DNA of 60,560 bases from an uncultured delta proteobacterium. Lineage in GTDB: Bacteria > Bdellovibrionota_C > UBA2361 > OMII01. Below the pieces are notes generated by a model. That model worked only from the letters and a program-made list of their open reading frames with translations. It ran no database searches and had not been told where the DNA came from. The first letter of the stretch is position 1. Every line of letters starts with the position of its first letter. Positions 15,280 to 25,864 of this stretch are shown here, one piece after another. The stretch covers positions 1-60,560 of the forward strand of contig CAIXKI010000169.1 of NCBI GenBank assembly GCA_903920005.1, given 5' to 3'. The position numbers were made by a program, and so were the translations under genes.

Positions 15280-15448
15280 TAACGGGCACTTGAGAAACGA
15301 AGGTCAGAAGACTTGAAGCGCAACGCCTCAAACTTCAGCCTGAGAACTGGAACTATAGCCCCATACAAAAGTGATAAGTCGCTAGAGGCGCAGAAGTAGT
15401 GTGGGGCCTAAATACGGGTAGCGCTTTACTCACAAGAAGGCGTTCCTT
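15280..15448 (-). repeat. Repeat module B, copy 2 (inverted)
   Basis: Reverse complement of 2671-2840. Confidence 0.95.
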
Positions 15449-15464
15449 TTGTTTTCACAATCTG

Positions 15465-16460
15465 TCATTTCGCCGGCGACCCCGATTCTAAAATGTCACA
15501 GAGCTCGTCAAGTTGTTCTGATCGGCGACCGGCGGAATGATTGTTAAAAAGTGTCCATTTCATATGCAAGCCTCTGGAGATCGCGTCAAGGATAGACACG
15601 ATAAGGGGAGTCTCCTCTCCTAGCAGCTCTGACGGACTGTGCTCTCGTAAGCCTTCTCGCAGGACATTCGCACACTCGGCGATCCCTCGGGGAAGTCCTG
15701 CTATTTGAAGAGCTGAGCACCCTGCACTTATTGCGTTAGTCGCGTGCACACCATTCTTAAAAAAGCAGGCTTGTAATCCGTGGAGGTGCGATACATGACG
15801 CAACATTCGAGCTACATAGGGGCGGGCTTCTTCGCCCAGCGCCGAGAGAAGCCGGCTTATCGATTCTCCGCTCGCTTCATTCAGCGCCGCGCGCGTAATA
15901 CCAAACACCTCTTCGAGGGCGTATTCGATATGTTTGGTCGCTTGAATTGCAAATCCAATAGCGGTTTGCGCTTGCTTTGCCGGGTCGTGCCGCAAATTCA
16001 TAATGTGGTCGGGCTTAATCTCTCCCGCTATTATGGCAAGTTTTTCCAGTCGGGCGAGATCGAGCGGACAGAGAGCCACCGCTCTCACAAACATTTGCGC
16101 AGCTCGATCATATTGAGCTGGGTTGGGCGCGTATGCCATCCATCCAATGGTATCGAGTGATAACGAGATAGCTTCTCGAAGATCGACTGGAACCGTCTTG
16201 CAAAAATCCTCGCCTCTCCTTGCTCGAACATCCCCAAAGGTGGGGAACCCGCACTCTCGAAGAATAGACCAGGCAAGAGCTATCGCCGCGGCTTGTTGCT
16301 CTGTTTCAATAGATTCGGAACTCAATAGAGATGTGAGCTCTAGTTGTAGATGAGCGATTTGAGACGGCCCAAGGCTAGCTCGGCCAAATTCAGCCTTATC
16401 GCGCGGATCGTGACTTGCCGCTCGCGGTGGTTGCTCGAATTCGTTTCTATGGCTCAACAT
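15465..16460 (-). CDS. Hypothetical protein (331 aa), no recognisable domain
   Basis: Long ORF with only short antisense ORFs opposite it. Confidence 0.6.
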   Translation of the reverse strand: MLSHRNEFEQPPRAASHDPRDKAEFGRASLGPSQIAHLQLELTSLLSSESIETEQQAAAIALAWSILRECGFPTFGDVRARRGEDFCKTVPVDLREAISLSLDTIGWMAYAPNPAQYDRAAQMFVRAVALCPLDLARLEKLAIIAGEIKPDHIMNLRHDPAKQAQTAIGFAIQATKHIEYALEEVFGITRAALNEASGESISRLLSALGEEARPYVARMLRHVSHLHGLQACFFKNGVHATNAISAGCSALQIAGLPRGIAECANVLREGLREHSPSELLGEETPLIVSILDAISRGLHMKWTLFNNHSAGRRSEQLDELCDILESGSPAK

Positions 16461-16864
16461 GGGGGAAATTTAACGTAGAGAATTGGCTTAAGCCAGTAAG
16501 AAGATCCTTCTTGTGATGAAACTAGAGCGATCTGCACCTTTGCGACCTCAAGCTGACAGGGCTAGCTGTTATGGATGTGTTGAAGTGCCACGGGCACGAA
16601 ATATCCGATCTCTAGGAAGTCGTTGGTCGAAGCGTTGTTTAAAAGAAGGTGTCCCGCTGGAAGCAGGAGTGTCTATTACTTTCGATGAGCCACGAGTAAT
16701 GGCGATTGTGCGACGATTTCATTGCGTCCGTGGGAATTCGCTCCGTGGCTTGAAGGTGGTATCGGGCCTCGCATAGTGGCTTTTATGTATGCACAGGCGC
16801 ATTCGCAATCAACGGGAGGTCAGGAAGGAGACAGCCCGTCGTTTAATCCTACTTGGGGGCGCCC

Positions 16865-19045
16865 TTAAGAAATTGAGCGAAACTTAATGCGTAATGAGTT
16901 CCCCACGATAACGAGGTCCGACATCGTCATAAGGAGCGCCCCGGTGAGCGGACTGATAGCGCCACTCGCCGCGAGCGGTACCGTGACCACGTTGTACACG
17001 AGAGCCCAGAAAAGGTTCTGCTTGATTGTGCTCACGGTCAGTCGTGAAAGCTTTATCGCCGCGGGTAGTGCCGCGATAGATCCACCGGTGAGGAGCACTT
17101 GCGATGATTGCATCGCGATGTCTGACGCGGAGCTCAGGGATATCCCCACGTTCGCCTCGGTGAGTGTGGGAGCGTCGTTAATACCGTCTCCGACGAATGC
17201 TGCTGGATATCGTGCTTGAATATCTTGGAGCACCAAGAGCTTTTGCTCCGGGAGCTGTTGCGCGTGAATAGCTTGGATGCCGACTGTGTTCGCGACGATC
17301 TGGCACTTGGTGAGGGTGTCTCCACTGATTAGAGAAGTTGAGCAGCCGAGGGCGTGTAGTTGCTTTATAACTCCTGTAGCCTCCGTTCGAATGGAATCCG
17401 AGATCGTAAAGAATGCGATCGGCGCTCCATTTTTTGTTAAGACGATATCCTCTTGTAGGGAAACTCCAAGGCGAGAGGCGAGGGCCTGCCCCCCACATTC
17501 ATAGAGATCTCCGTTTGCGGTATGACCCGCTAGGCCAATACCCTTCGTTTCGGTTGTTGAAGTGAACGCGAAGTTTTCCTGATCAGGATCCTGAAGTGTT
17601 TTAACGATCGCTTGCGCGATGGGATGTGACGATGTTCGCTGTAGCGCGACAAGGATCGCTTGAGCGGTCTTAGGGCTGAACCCATCGGTTGTGTGCAGTT
17701 CTCCGATTGAGAGTTCGCCGGTCGTAAGCGTTCCTGTCTTATCAAAGGCGATATGTTTGACCTGGCCGAGTCGTTCAAGGGTGTCGCCGCCCCGAATGAG
17801 TATCCCGTTTCGCGCGGCTCTGCCGAGGGCCACCATGATGGCGGAGGGGGTGGCAAGTCCCATGGCGCACGGACACGCTACAACGACGATAGCAAGTCCC
17901 CGTACGATCGCTTGAGCCGGCGTGAGGTCGAAAACGAGAAGTCCTAGCGCTAGTACGAGAACCGATATGGCAAGCACCGTGGGCACGAATACCGCGCTTA
18001 CTGCGTCGCCGATCCTTTGAATGGACGGTTTCTTTTGTTGAGCTTCCCGTACAAGCCGAATGATGCGAGCTAGCGTCGTATCGTCTCCGATGGCGGATGC
18101 CCGCATAACCACAGAGCCGCTTGTTAAGACGGTTCCACCGATGATGCGCTCTCCTTGGTTGTGATCGACGGGTAGTGCTTCTCCGGTGATCATGGATTCG
18201 TCAAAGCTACCAGATCCGCGCTCTATGGTGCCGTCAGTTGGAGTTCGATCTCCTGAATTGATCTGTACGAGATCTCCTACAACGAGCTCTCGGAGCGAGA
18301 TCTTTTCACTCATCTCCCGACCCGATTCGTCACTTCGCAGTCTTACAACTTCCTGAGGCTGAAGGTGTGATAGCTCTTCGATAGCCGAGGTAGTTTTCTG
18401 AACCGCGAGCTCCTCAAGAAGGTGTCCGCCTAATACGAACGTCACAATAGATCCGACCGCTTCAAAAAAGATCAGGTCATGTGAGAAGCCGAATATGAGC
18501 GTAAGCACGCTCGCGCAGTACCCCGCAAGGATGCCGGCAGAGATCAGGACATCCATGTTCGCTACGCCAGCGCGTAGAGAGCGCAGACCGCTTAATCCAA
18601 AGTGTGAGATTCCGATTAAAAACACCGGGGTCATGAGGATGAGCTGAATGATTGGGTCATGAAGCCAATGAATAGAGAAAAACATCCCCACAAGGAGCGG
18701 GAGCGTCAACGCCGCGCTGATGGCTGTTTGAATGTACAGCGCTACGTCCCGACTATGGCCATGAGGGGAGGCGACATCCGATACCGAGTAGCCGAGGCGC
18801 TTAATGCTCTCAACTATCTCTGGCAGCTTGGTGACGTCTTCTATAAGGAAGCTCGTTCTGCCGCTCGCGTAGTCGACCGCCGGTTTTTCGACACCAACTT
18901 TAGTAAGGTGCTTTTCTATAGAGAGCGCGCAGTTCGTGCAGTGGAGGCCCTGTACGTGTAGCGTTACTTCTTGAGCGGGTCTTCGTGGGTCGAAATGGTC
19001 AGATTCCATGCCCAATAGGGTAGCACGATGTCGCCGGAGAGGCAC
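16865..19045 (-). CDS. copA: Copper-translocating P1B-type ATPase
   Basis: HMA domain (GLHCTNCALSIEKHL), CPC motif (VACPCAMGLATP), DKTGTLT and GDGINDAP. Start is GTG at 19045 or ATG at 19009. Confidence 0.9.
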   Translation of the reverse strand: MPLRRHRATLLGMESDHFDPRRPAQEVTLHVQGLHCTNCALSIEKHLTKVGVEKPAVDYASGRTSFLIEDVTKLPEIVESIKRLGYSVSDVASPHGHSRDVALYIQTAISAALTLPLLVGMFFSIHWLHDPIIQLILMTPVFLIGISHFGLSGLRSLRAGVANMDVLISAGILAGYCASVLTLIFGFSHDLIFFEAVGSIVTFVLGGHLLEELAVQKTTSAIEELSHLQPQEVVRLRSDESGREMSEKISLRELVVGDLVQINSGDRTPTDGTIERGSGSFDESMITGEALPVDHNQGERIIGGTVLTSGSVVMRASAIGDDTTLARIIRLVREAQQKKPSIQRIGDAVSAVFVPTVLAISVLVLALGLLVFDLTPAQAIVRGLAIVVVACPCAMGLATPSAIMVALGRAARNGILIRGGDTLERLGQVKHIAFDKTGTLTTGELSIGELHTTDGFSPKTAQAILVALQRTSSHPIAQAIVKTLQDPDQENFAFTSTTETKGIGLAGHTANGDLYECGGQALASRLGVSLQEDIVLTKNGAPIAFFTISDSIRTEATGVIKQLHALGCSTSLISGDTLTKCQIVANTVGIQAIHAQQLPEQKLLVLQDIQARYPAAFVGDGINDAPTLTEANVGISLSSASDIAMQSSQVLLTGGSIAALPAAIKLSRLTVSTIKQNLFWALVYNVVTVPLAASGAISPLTGALLMTMSDLVIVGNSLRIKFRSIS

Positions 19046-19092
19046 CCTTGGTTATCGTCAAAAGCCCCGTGAAGCGGCCGAGAAAGTATAGG

Positions 19093-19656
19093 TTAATTGC
19101 TAAAGCCGCCAGAGGCCCACAGTCCACGCCCATCCTTTTGGCTCTCCTTAAGCGCGGCTTTAAACCGATCGACGTGTTTTACGTTGGGTGGCATCGTCAG
19201 GAGTTGAGCATATCCTCGACTGAGCATCTCTTCATTGATCATGGTGCCGTTTGGTAGGTACGCATAGGCTAGTAAACGGCCATATTTGTCACGTTCTCGC
19301 ACGTCGAATTCGAGGCGAATTTCGGTACCGGGCAGGGCTATCTCTTTCATGGTCTTTGAGGCTTGGCGCCCGAGCTCAATGATCGTTTGAACATCACGAT
19401 TGCTCTTGACTGCTTGTAGTTTAGCTCGAGTGTTTATTCTGCTTTCGGGGGTATCGATGCCGATAAGCCTGACTTTCTCAATCTGACGATCCACACGAAC
19501 GGCGATCGTGTCTCCATCGACGACATAGACGAGCGGGGCTGTTTTAGGAGCAGGGACAGCCCATGCCGCGGAGGAGATAGCGATGCTCGAAAGAATGGCG
19601 AGCGCTTTTTTAACGATGGATCGCCGGAGTTTTGAAAGGGGACGTGAGTCAGGCAT
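19093..19656 (-). CDS. Secreted thermonuclease (SNase-like)
   Basis: Signal peptide, then VVDGDTIAVRV..KVRLIGIDTPE and YGRLLAYAYL. Confidence 0.8.
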   Translation of the reverse strand: MPDSRPLSKLRRSIVKKALAILSSIAISSAAWAVPAPKTAPLVYVVDGDTIAVRVDRQIEKVRLIGIDTPESRINTRAKLQAVKSNRDVQTIIELGRQASKTMKEIALPGTEIRLEFDVRERDKYGRLLAYAYLPNGTMINEEMLSRGYAQLLTMPPNVKHVDRFKAALKESQKDGRGLWASGGFSN

Positions 19657-19772
19657 AGGGGCTCTTCGGTCTTTTAGCGATATATTCGTTATGTTTTCTA
19701 TAGCCTCACATGATGCTCAACGCTAGCGATCAACCGGGCCATCTATCGAAAAAGAGTCCCACAATGTAGTGT

Positions 19773-20654
19773 TTGAGAAATGCATGTATCTCGGGAGTTA
19801 CGGTGGGAGTTATTGCGGCGCTTATAAGCGCATGTACCTCAACAGCGAAGGATTTGGTCAGTAAATCAGTATCGGGCCGAGTTCATCCTGACGTCTCGAC
19901 GTTTGCGTCATTTGCCTACGCGCTACCGTTTTACTTCGTCATCATGATCGGGATGTCACTGTGGGGGGATGAGTCACTCTCCCTCTCGCGGACTTTTCTC
20001 ATGTTGGTAGTGTTGAGAGGGCTCTCCGATGTGTGCGCTGAGGGATGTAAAATGCGCGCATTCGCTCATGGTGACGTCTCCCTAGTAAGCGGGCTCCTCT
20101 CGCTGTCACCTCTTGTTCTGACTATTATCTCTCCGCTCATAACGGGGGACCCTGTGTACCCACGAGAGTATCTGGCTATTGGATGTATCGTGGCAGGGAG
20201 TATTTTGCTCGTTCGTCGAGACAAGACGTCCGGAAAGGTGGCTCAGCCAGTGGCGATTCTGTACGCCTTGGGGGGCTCTCTCGCGTTTGCTCTGAATACC
20301 TGTTTCGATCGTCTCGCGGTAGGTCATGGTGGACCAGTGTTATCGGCTTTTTCCATGACACTCTGCGCGGCCTTGCTGACTCTGCCTGTGTTGCTTCAAC
20401 GGCCAGGGGCTATGACTGAGCTACGCACGAACACTCCGCAGTTCCTCCTTAGAGGTTTGTTCGAAACCGTCTTTATGGTTGCGAAAATGTTCGCGCTGGT
20501 TACGCTCTCCGCTCACGTTGTTGTTGGTCTTACGCGCATGTCGATGTTGCTCACCGTGATAGTTGGTGGCGTGATGTTTAAAGAAGGGGACAGGGCCCGT
20601 AGAATTATCGGGTCCGCGATTATGTATGGCGGACTTCTGCTCCTGGTGTTGTAG
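19773..20654 (+). CDS. DMT/EamA-like polytopic membrane transporter (tentative)
   Basis: 293 aa with about 10 hydrophobic helices. TTG start, so the 5-prime end is uncertain. Confidence 0.55.
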   Translation: MRNACISGVTVGVIAALISACTSTAKDLVSKSVSGRVHPDVSTFASFAYALPFYFVIMIGMSLWGDESLSLSRTFLMLVVLRGLSDVCAEGCKMRAFAHGDVSLVSGLLSLSPLVLTIISPLITGDPVYPREYLAIGCIVAGSILLVRRDKTSGKVAQPVAILYALGGSLAFALNTCFDRLAVGHGGPVLSAFSMTLCAALLTLPVLLQRPGAMTELRTNTPQFLLRGLFETVFMVAKMFALVTLSAHVVVGLTRMSMLLTVIVGGVMFKEGDRARRIIGSAIMYGGLLLLVL

Positions 20655-20718
20655 GAGCTTTTACCCAAGTATTCGCAATACTATTTCACCTACGGGGAAT
20701 CTTCGTGGAGTGGCATAC

Positions 20719-20738
20719 GGGCACCGAGGCCGGTGCCC
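20719..20738. terminator. GC-rich hairpin between convergent genes (no U tract)
   Basis: gggcaccg-aggc-cggtgccc, an 8-bp stem. Confidence 0.35.
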
Positions 20739-20823
20739 CTCCAAAAACCTCTCGAAAATTCCGGGATAGACACTGCCCTAGTGCCCACGACTACGTTACG
20801 CGGAGAATCTATCGAACGGTGCG

Positions 20824-23670
20824 CTAGCAAACCGTAAGGCTTGAGAGCTGATCCTTGTGCGATTGGTTCCACGGAAGCGCCGCAAAGCGTTCCTCTCCAA
20901 GGATGACCCTCTGAAGCATCGCTTGGTATGCTGGTACGCGGTCCGCCCAGGTGTGTTTTGCGCGGCGCGCGTTGATAACGAGCTGTTGATAGACCGAGTG
21001 CCTCTTCGTTGACTCCAACGCCCAGTGCGTAGTGTTGGCGAGAGCCGTTGCCGAATAGTCATTGCAAAGGAATCCATTTCCGGAATTGCTGTCGGCTTTA
21101 TAGTTTTCAATCGTCGCTGAGATTCCGCCAACGTTTCTGCCGATGACAAGGGTGCCCGCTGCCATTGATTCAAGTTGGGTAATTCCTCCTGGCTCAAAGC
21201 GCGATGGCATAAAGAAGAACGTACTCCCGAAGATAATCTCAAGAGCCTTGGCGTGCGGAACATAATCAAAGTGTGAGCAGATACGTCCTGGGTACTTGTG
21301 TTGAAGATATTCGACCGCGTGCCGGAGGTCGTTGGCTGTTTTGTCCCCCTCGGTCATCGGGCCGGCGATGAGAATCTGCGTATCATCGTGTCGAATGAGG
21401 ATATCTTCGAGCATTGAATGATTGCCGTGCGCGACGAAGCCAGAGAGGAGCGAGAGGCCTTTCTGTTCTGCTAATCTTCCGACGAAGCTCATGATTCGAG
21501 CGTCGTCTCGTTGAACTAGGCCGTATCGAGCTTGAATCGCTCCCTTTGTGGAGGCTTTTGCCGCAAGTAATGAATCGATCGAGTCGAGTGCCTGCGGCTC
21601 CAGTCCCGTGAGCGTAGAGAGGTAGCGATTTATCTCTGCTCTGTTGATTCCATTACTAATACCAAACACCTCGCCCTTGCGGTGTTGGAGCACGTAGTCA
21701 ACTCCATCTCCGCCACCAGTGGATACTATTTGTTGAGCGTACGGTTGGCTGACGGTTAGCAGCGCTCCGGATACGTGTTGAGCCGCGGCCATCGTGAAAT
21801 TTATAAGATGTTGGTTGTACGGATCCCTGAACCCAAAGAAGTGGTCGGGTCCAAGTCCGAGCATTGGCCAGAGGTCTTCGTTGCTCAGGTTTACCGGAAG
21901 ACGGCCGTGATAGTCCGCGCCGCCGTTGTGAATCATGTGTATTGTTTTGCAATCCCGGAGCCACTGGACGGATTGATAGCGACCATCCAACGCGGCGAAT
22001 GCTGGAATGCACGCGGTGGTCCAATCGTTAGAGATGACGGCCGAGGGGCGAATTCCGAAGTGGCTTGTTGCGATCGTCTCAAGGGTCGCGCGCGAAAGAA
22101 CGATCGCTCGTCGGAGCTGCTCATCCGCGTAGACGGGCTGATACAGACGGTCAAAAACTGAGGAGTTCGCGAGGAGGAATACTCGGAGACTGCCCTTCTG
22201 CGCGAGGTAAACCTTTATCGGAACAGCTGTTGGTTGGCGACACGTGTGCGTCGTTCCACTCTGGTAGGTAGGACCAATGTGTACGGTAATCGCTCCGACG
22301 TAGATCGGTTTTATCCTCTCACCATCAAGCATGATGCCCTGGGAGAGGGTTTTTTGGGCCGACGCGTGCTTGTTACCGTTCTCGTAGCTATACATCGGAG
22401 TAATAATTGAGACCGGTATGCCTACTCGGCACAGCTCAATAGGTAATCCGGAGATTACTTGGGCCAGCCCTCCGGCCGCGGCGTGCGGGCCCTCCGGTGT
22501 CGCAAAAACAACCTCGCCGACGCCGTAATTAAGGAACATAGACTCGGTCAGAGAAGACGAGGGCGCTCGGTTTAAGACCTGTAGTATCTCGCGCAGATTC
22601 TCTGAAGGGGTTGGGCTCACTTCGGCCAAAAGGGCTCCGAGCCCGATGTGGGGAGCAAGGGTAGAGATATTGTCAATCTGAGCGTCGAGGGTGTGCGGAG
22701 TTTTTATGCTGAGGGAGAGGATTTCGCCCGAAAGCTCGTACATCTCGCGTAGCATCTGATCCCGCTCGCTGGTTATCGCTGAGTCGTCGGACGCAATATA
22801 CATTGCGGCGTCGTCTCTGCCGTGTCGCCCTAACCATACCGGCTCGCTTGAGCCTCGCACCTGAACAAAAACGGTAGCTCCGTACCACCCGTGACTTGGA
22901 ATGTGGATCTGGTGATTAACGGTAGTAAGGCATGTAGCGGAGCAGTGTTTTGTTGGTACCGGTTCGTCTTGCCATGGCGGGGACAGGTCGTCGTAGCTCC
23001 CCCAGTGGAGGAATGTATCGACCTCGAATCCCTCGATAAGGGGGATAGAGAGCTCCGCGCGAATCGTGGCTGTGTTGTCGCTCACGAGAGTCGATACGGG
23101 GCTTACGAGCGACGCCCGCTCTCGAAGAAGTAAAACAGCTCTTTCAAGGAGACTCTCTTGGCGCTCAGGGATGATGAGCGTGGGAGAGTCGTCAAGTTCA
23201 AGCGATAGAGTAGGGGAGATCGTCGCGATCAGGCCGAGGTCAGAGATAGGTCGTACGATGACCTGACGCGTATTCTTGGTCTGAAACTCAAGGTCTCTCT
23301 TAAAGATCCTTAGACTGTCGCCTGGGATCGTTGGTGCGGTGGCTATGATATCTTGTAAGGCGACGTGAAGCTCGCGAGAGGTCTGGGCGCGGAGCGAGCT
23401 AGCGAGTACCCCTGTGATGTTTTGGTGCGTTTGACTGCCGGGCCGAACATCGAGGGCCGTTGGGAGTTGATGCCGACCAAGTTTCTGGACCGAATAGCGC
23501 TGGGATGTGAGGTCGAGGTGAACTTCGGCTTTGATCGGACGCTTAAGGGAGGCAGCGGAATAGGTATGTACCGAGGGCTCTCTAAGTCCCTCAACGAGCG
23601 AGCGATACGCCGCGCAGTTCACCGCAATTTCAAACCGAATAACCTCGGCCTGGTTCATCCCTGAGCTCAT
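20824..23670 (-). CDS. glgA: Glycogen/starch synthase (GT5) with an N-terminal extension of about 400 aa of unknown function
   Basis: The C-terminal half carries AAGGLAQVISGLP, FVGRLAEQKGLSLL and FFFMPSRFEPGGITQLESMAAGT. The N-terminal part has no recognisable motif. Confidence 0.8.
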   Translation of the reverse strand: MSSGMNQAEVIRFEIAVNCAAYRSLVEGLREPSVHTYSAASLKRPIKAEVHLDLTSQRYSVQKLGRHQLPTALDVRPGSQTHQNITGVLASSLRAQTSRELHVALQDIIATAPTIPGDSLRIFKRDLEFQTKNTRQVIVRPISDLGLIATISPTLSLELDDSPTLIIPERQESLLERAVLLLRERASLVSPVSTLVSDNTATIRAELSIPLIEGFEVDTFLHWGSYDDLSPPWQDEPVPTKHCSATCLTTVNHQIHIPSHGWYGATVFVQVRGSSEPVWLGRHGRDDAAMYIASDDSAITSERDQMLREMYELSGEILSLSIKTPHTLDAQIDNISTLAPHIGLGALLAEVSPTPSENLREILQVLNRAPSSSLTESMFLNYGVGEVVFATPEGPHAAAGGLAQVISGLPIELCRVGIPVSIITPMYSYENGNKHASAQKTLSQGIMLDGERIKPIYVGAITVHIGPTYQSGTTHTCRQPTAVPIKVYLAQKGSLRVFLLANSSVFDRLYQPVYADEQLRRAIVLSRATLETIATSHFGIRPSAVISNDWTTACIPAFAALDGRYQSVQWLRDCKTIHMIHNGGADYHGRLPVNLSNEDLWPMLGLGPDHFFGFRDPYNQHLINFTMAAAQHVSGALLTVSQPYAQQIVSTGGGDGVDYVLQHRKGEVFGISNGINRAEINRYLSTLTGLEPQALDSIDSLLAAKASTKGAIQARYGLVQRDDARIMSFVGRLAEQKGLSLLSGFVAHGNHSMLEDILIRHDDTQILIAGPMTEGDKTANDLRHAVEYLQHKYPGRICSHFDYVPHAKALEIIFGSTFFFMPSRFEPGGITQLESMAAGTLVIGRNVGGISATIENYKADSNSGNGFLCNDYSATALANTTHWALESTKRHSVYQQLVINARRAKHTWADRVPAYQAMLQRVILGEERFAALPWNQSHKDQLSSLTVC

Positions 23671-23951
23671 GACACATCCCTGTGTTTGGATGATGAACGA
23701 GGGGAACTAAACGGTGCTTGTCAAAAGGCTTTCTAACGGAATCCTTGCAAGGTTGGTACAAGTCTTCTGAGTTCTAGAATTTGCACCCTGGTTGGGGTTC
23801 GCCAGGAGCTTCGAAATCTGCCTAAACGCCGCATAGTGCCGGGGGTGTTGGTAAGTGTCGTAGGTACCTGATTGCTCACGCAAGGGGCCGGGCCCCTCCC
23901 ATCACCGCGTCGCTGGTGGTGTTGGGGCGGTTGCTAGGGAAATAGATGGGC

Positions 23952-24923
23952 TTACCAATGCTGCTCTGGTTTTGACAGGTAGTTTTGAACGTAATCGGTG
24001 ATGCCCTCTTCAAGCGAGCGCAGCGGCTTGGAGTACCCAGCATCCCTAAGCTTTTGTATCGGGGCTTCCGTGAAGTACTGGTACTGATTGCGCAAATCCT
24101 CTGGCATCTCGATGTATTGGATCGACGGCTCTTTGCCCATCGCGCTAAAGATCGCCGTGAGGAGACTGTTCCAGGAGCGGGCCTTGCCGGACCCTACGTT
24201 AAATAACCCGTTTGCCGTAGGATTTTGTAAAAACCACCACATGATATCGCAGCAATCTTTCACGTATACAAAATCTCTCATCTGCTCGCCGTCTCTGTAC
24301 TCGGACCGATGAGATTTGAAGAGTGAGAAAGATCCCGTCTCCTTAATCGCGTTAAATGCCTTCCAGGCTATGCTCGCCATCGAGCCTTTGTAATATTCGT
24401 TCGGCCCGTAGACGTTGAAGAATTTTAAACCGACGACTTTTGAGAGAATGTTATTCTCTTTAGCCCAGAGGTCCATGCGTTGCTTTGAGTCGCCGTAGGG
24501 ATTTAGAGGTTTGAGTGACTCAAGTCTCGCTACGTCGTCTTCGTACCCTTGCGCGCCATCTCCGTACGTGGCCGCGCTACTTGCGTAGATGTAACGAATC
24601 CCTCGCGCGAGGCAGTATTCCGCGAGTGTCTTTGAGTACTCGACATTGTTTTCTTGCAGATACTCAAGATTCTTTTCGGTGGTACTTGAGCACGCTCCCA
24701 TGTGAACGACCGCTGAGATCCCTTGAGAGAGGGCGTTCCCTCGTACCGAGTCGATGAACTCCTGCTTGCCGATAAATTGTCTATACGACTTGCCCGCAAG
24801 ATTTTTTTCGCGAGCTGGCGATGTTACTTCGTCGACGACGATAACATCTGCTACGCCCTCAGCGTTAAGCTTTGCCACAAAGGCGCTGCCGATAAATCCC
24901 GCTCCACCAGTCACAACGATCAT
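23952..24923 (-). CDS. hldD: ADP-L-glycero-D-manno-heptose 6-epimerase
   Basis: MIVVTGGAGFIGSAFVAKLN, an SDR fold of 323 aa, and YGDSKQ in the catalytic region. Confidence 0.85.
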   Translation of the reverse strand: MIVVTGGAGFIGSAFVAKLNAEGVADVIVVDEVTSPAREKNLAGKSYRQFIGKQEFIDSVRGNALSQGISAVVHMGACSSTTEKNLEYLQENNVEYSKTLAEYCLARGIRYIYASSAATYGDGAQGYEDDVARLESLKPLNPYGDSKQRMDLWAKENNILSKVVGLKFFNVYGPNEYYKGSMASIAWKAFNAIKETGSFSLFKSHRSEYRDGEQMRDFVYVKDCCDIMWWFLQNPTANGLFNVGSGKARSWNSLLTAIFSAMGKEPSIQYIEMPEDLRNQYQYFTEAPIQKLRDAGYSKPLRSLEEGITDYVQNYLSKPEQHW

Positions 24924-25075
24924 ATCTGTAAGGTTACCTGGTATCCCTTGTGCGTGTCCAGTTCGGGAGAAAACACATAAAATTGGGGGGCTCGGGCTTG
25001 CTCTTGGGCGGCTCCCGGTTGGGCGGCGAAGCTTCGGTGTAGACGACCACTCCGATCACCGACTACCATAGAATC

Positions 25076-25819
25076 ATGCCAAGCTCGTCGATGTCCATTT
25101 CGGGCAGTAAGCCCTTTCTGACCGCCCGCTGGGCGAACCTGCTCATGCTTAACTGGGAGGTACCTGCGGCGATGCTTGAGCCCTATCTGCCCCGTGGTGT
25201 TGAGCTTGACCTCTTTAATGGTAAATGTTTCGCGAGTGTTGTCGCGTTCGAGTTTCTTGACACTCGCATTCTAGGGCTCGGGATACCCGGCCATCGAAAT
25301 TTTATCGAGGTTAACCTCCGGTTTTATGTAAAACGAATCGTCGATGGTAAGGAGCGTCGCGGAGTTGTTTTTATCAGTGAGTATGTGCCTTTGTTTTGGG
25401 TCGCGTTTATTGCTCGAGCTCTTTATAACGAGCGATATTCTCGTGTTCCGATGACGATGGACGTAAAAGTCTCTGAAGAAGATCGCGATCTGGAATTTGC
25501 TTGGCGGGCAGGCGGCTCTTGGCATCGTATTCGATCGAATCTGCAAGGCCAACCGCAGGCGCTCGGAACGGGCTCCCAAGAAGAGTTCATCGCCGAGCAT
25601 TACTACGGATACTCACGTCAAAGAAACGGAAGAACCGTGGAGTATCAACTTGAACACCCATCGTGGCGGGTGTGGAAGGATGTGCCGCTATCGTTTGAGT
25701 GGCAACCGGCTCTTTCCTACGGGGCAGCGTGGGGGGTTGTTTTCTCTGATCCTCCGGCGTTCTCTTTTATGGCGGAGGGGTCTGCTGTCTCAGTCTCACA
25801 TGGACGGGTTATTCCGTAG
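25076..25819 (+). CDS. DUF2071 (YqjF-like) family protein
   Basis: FLTARWANLLMLNWEVPAAMLEPYLPRG is typical of DUF2071. 247 aa. Confidence 0.7.
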   Translation: MPSSSMSISGSKPFLTARWANLLMLNWEVPAAMLEPYLPRGVELDLFNGKCFASVVAFEFLDTRILGLGIPGHRNFIEVNLRFYVKRIVDGKERRGVVFISEYVPLFWVAFIARALYNERYSRVPMTMDVKVSEEDRDLEFAWRAGGSWHRIRSNLQGQPQALGTGSQEEFIAEHYYGYSRQRNGRTVEYQLEHPSWRVWKDVPLSFEWQPALSYGAAWGVVFSDPPAFSFMAEGSAVSVSHGRVIP

Positions 25820-25864
25820 CAGCTGTATCTACGGTTGCAAATGCAACGCGGAATTCAGTTGGAG

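Noticed and set aside
13730-15448. Simple invertase-driven phase-variable inverton around the AAA+ ATPase gene
   Set aside because: I found no inverted repeats at the two junctions and there is no invertase gene nearby. The rearrangement is reported as a finding, but the classic inverton mechanism is not supported.
21698-22271. Several 68-128 aa ORFs inside the glgA-like gene, and similar ORFs inside copA, the 1108-aa gene and the MarR gene
   Set aside because: They lie on overlapping or antisense frames of long, motif-supported genes.
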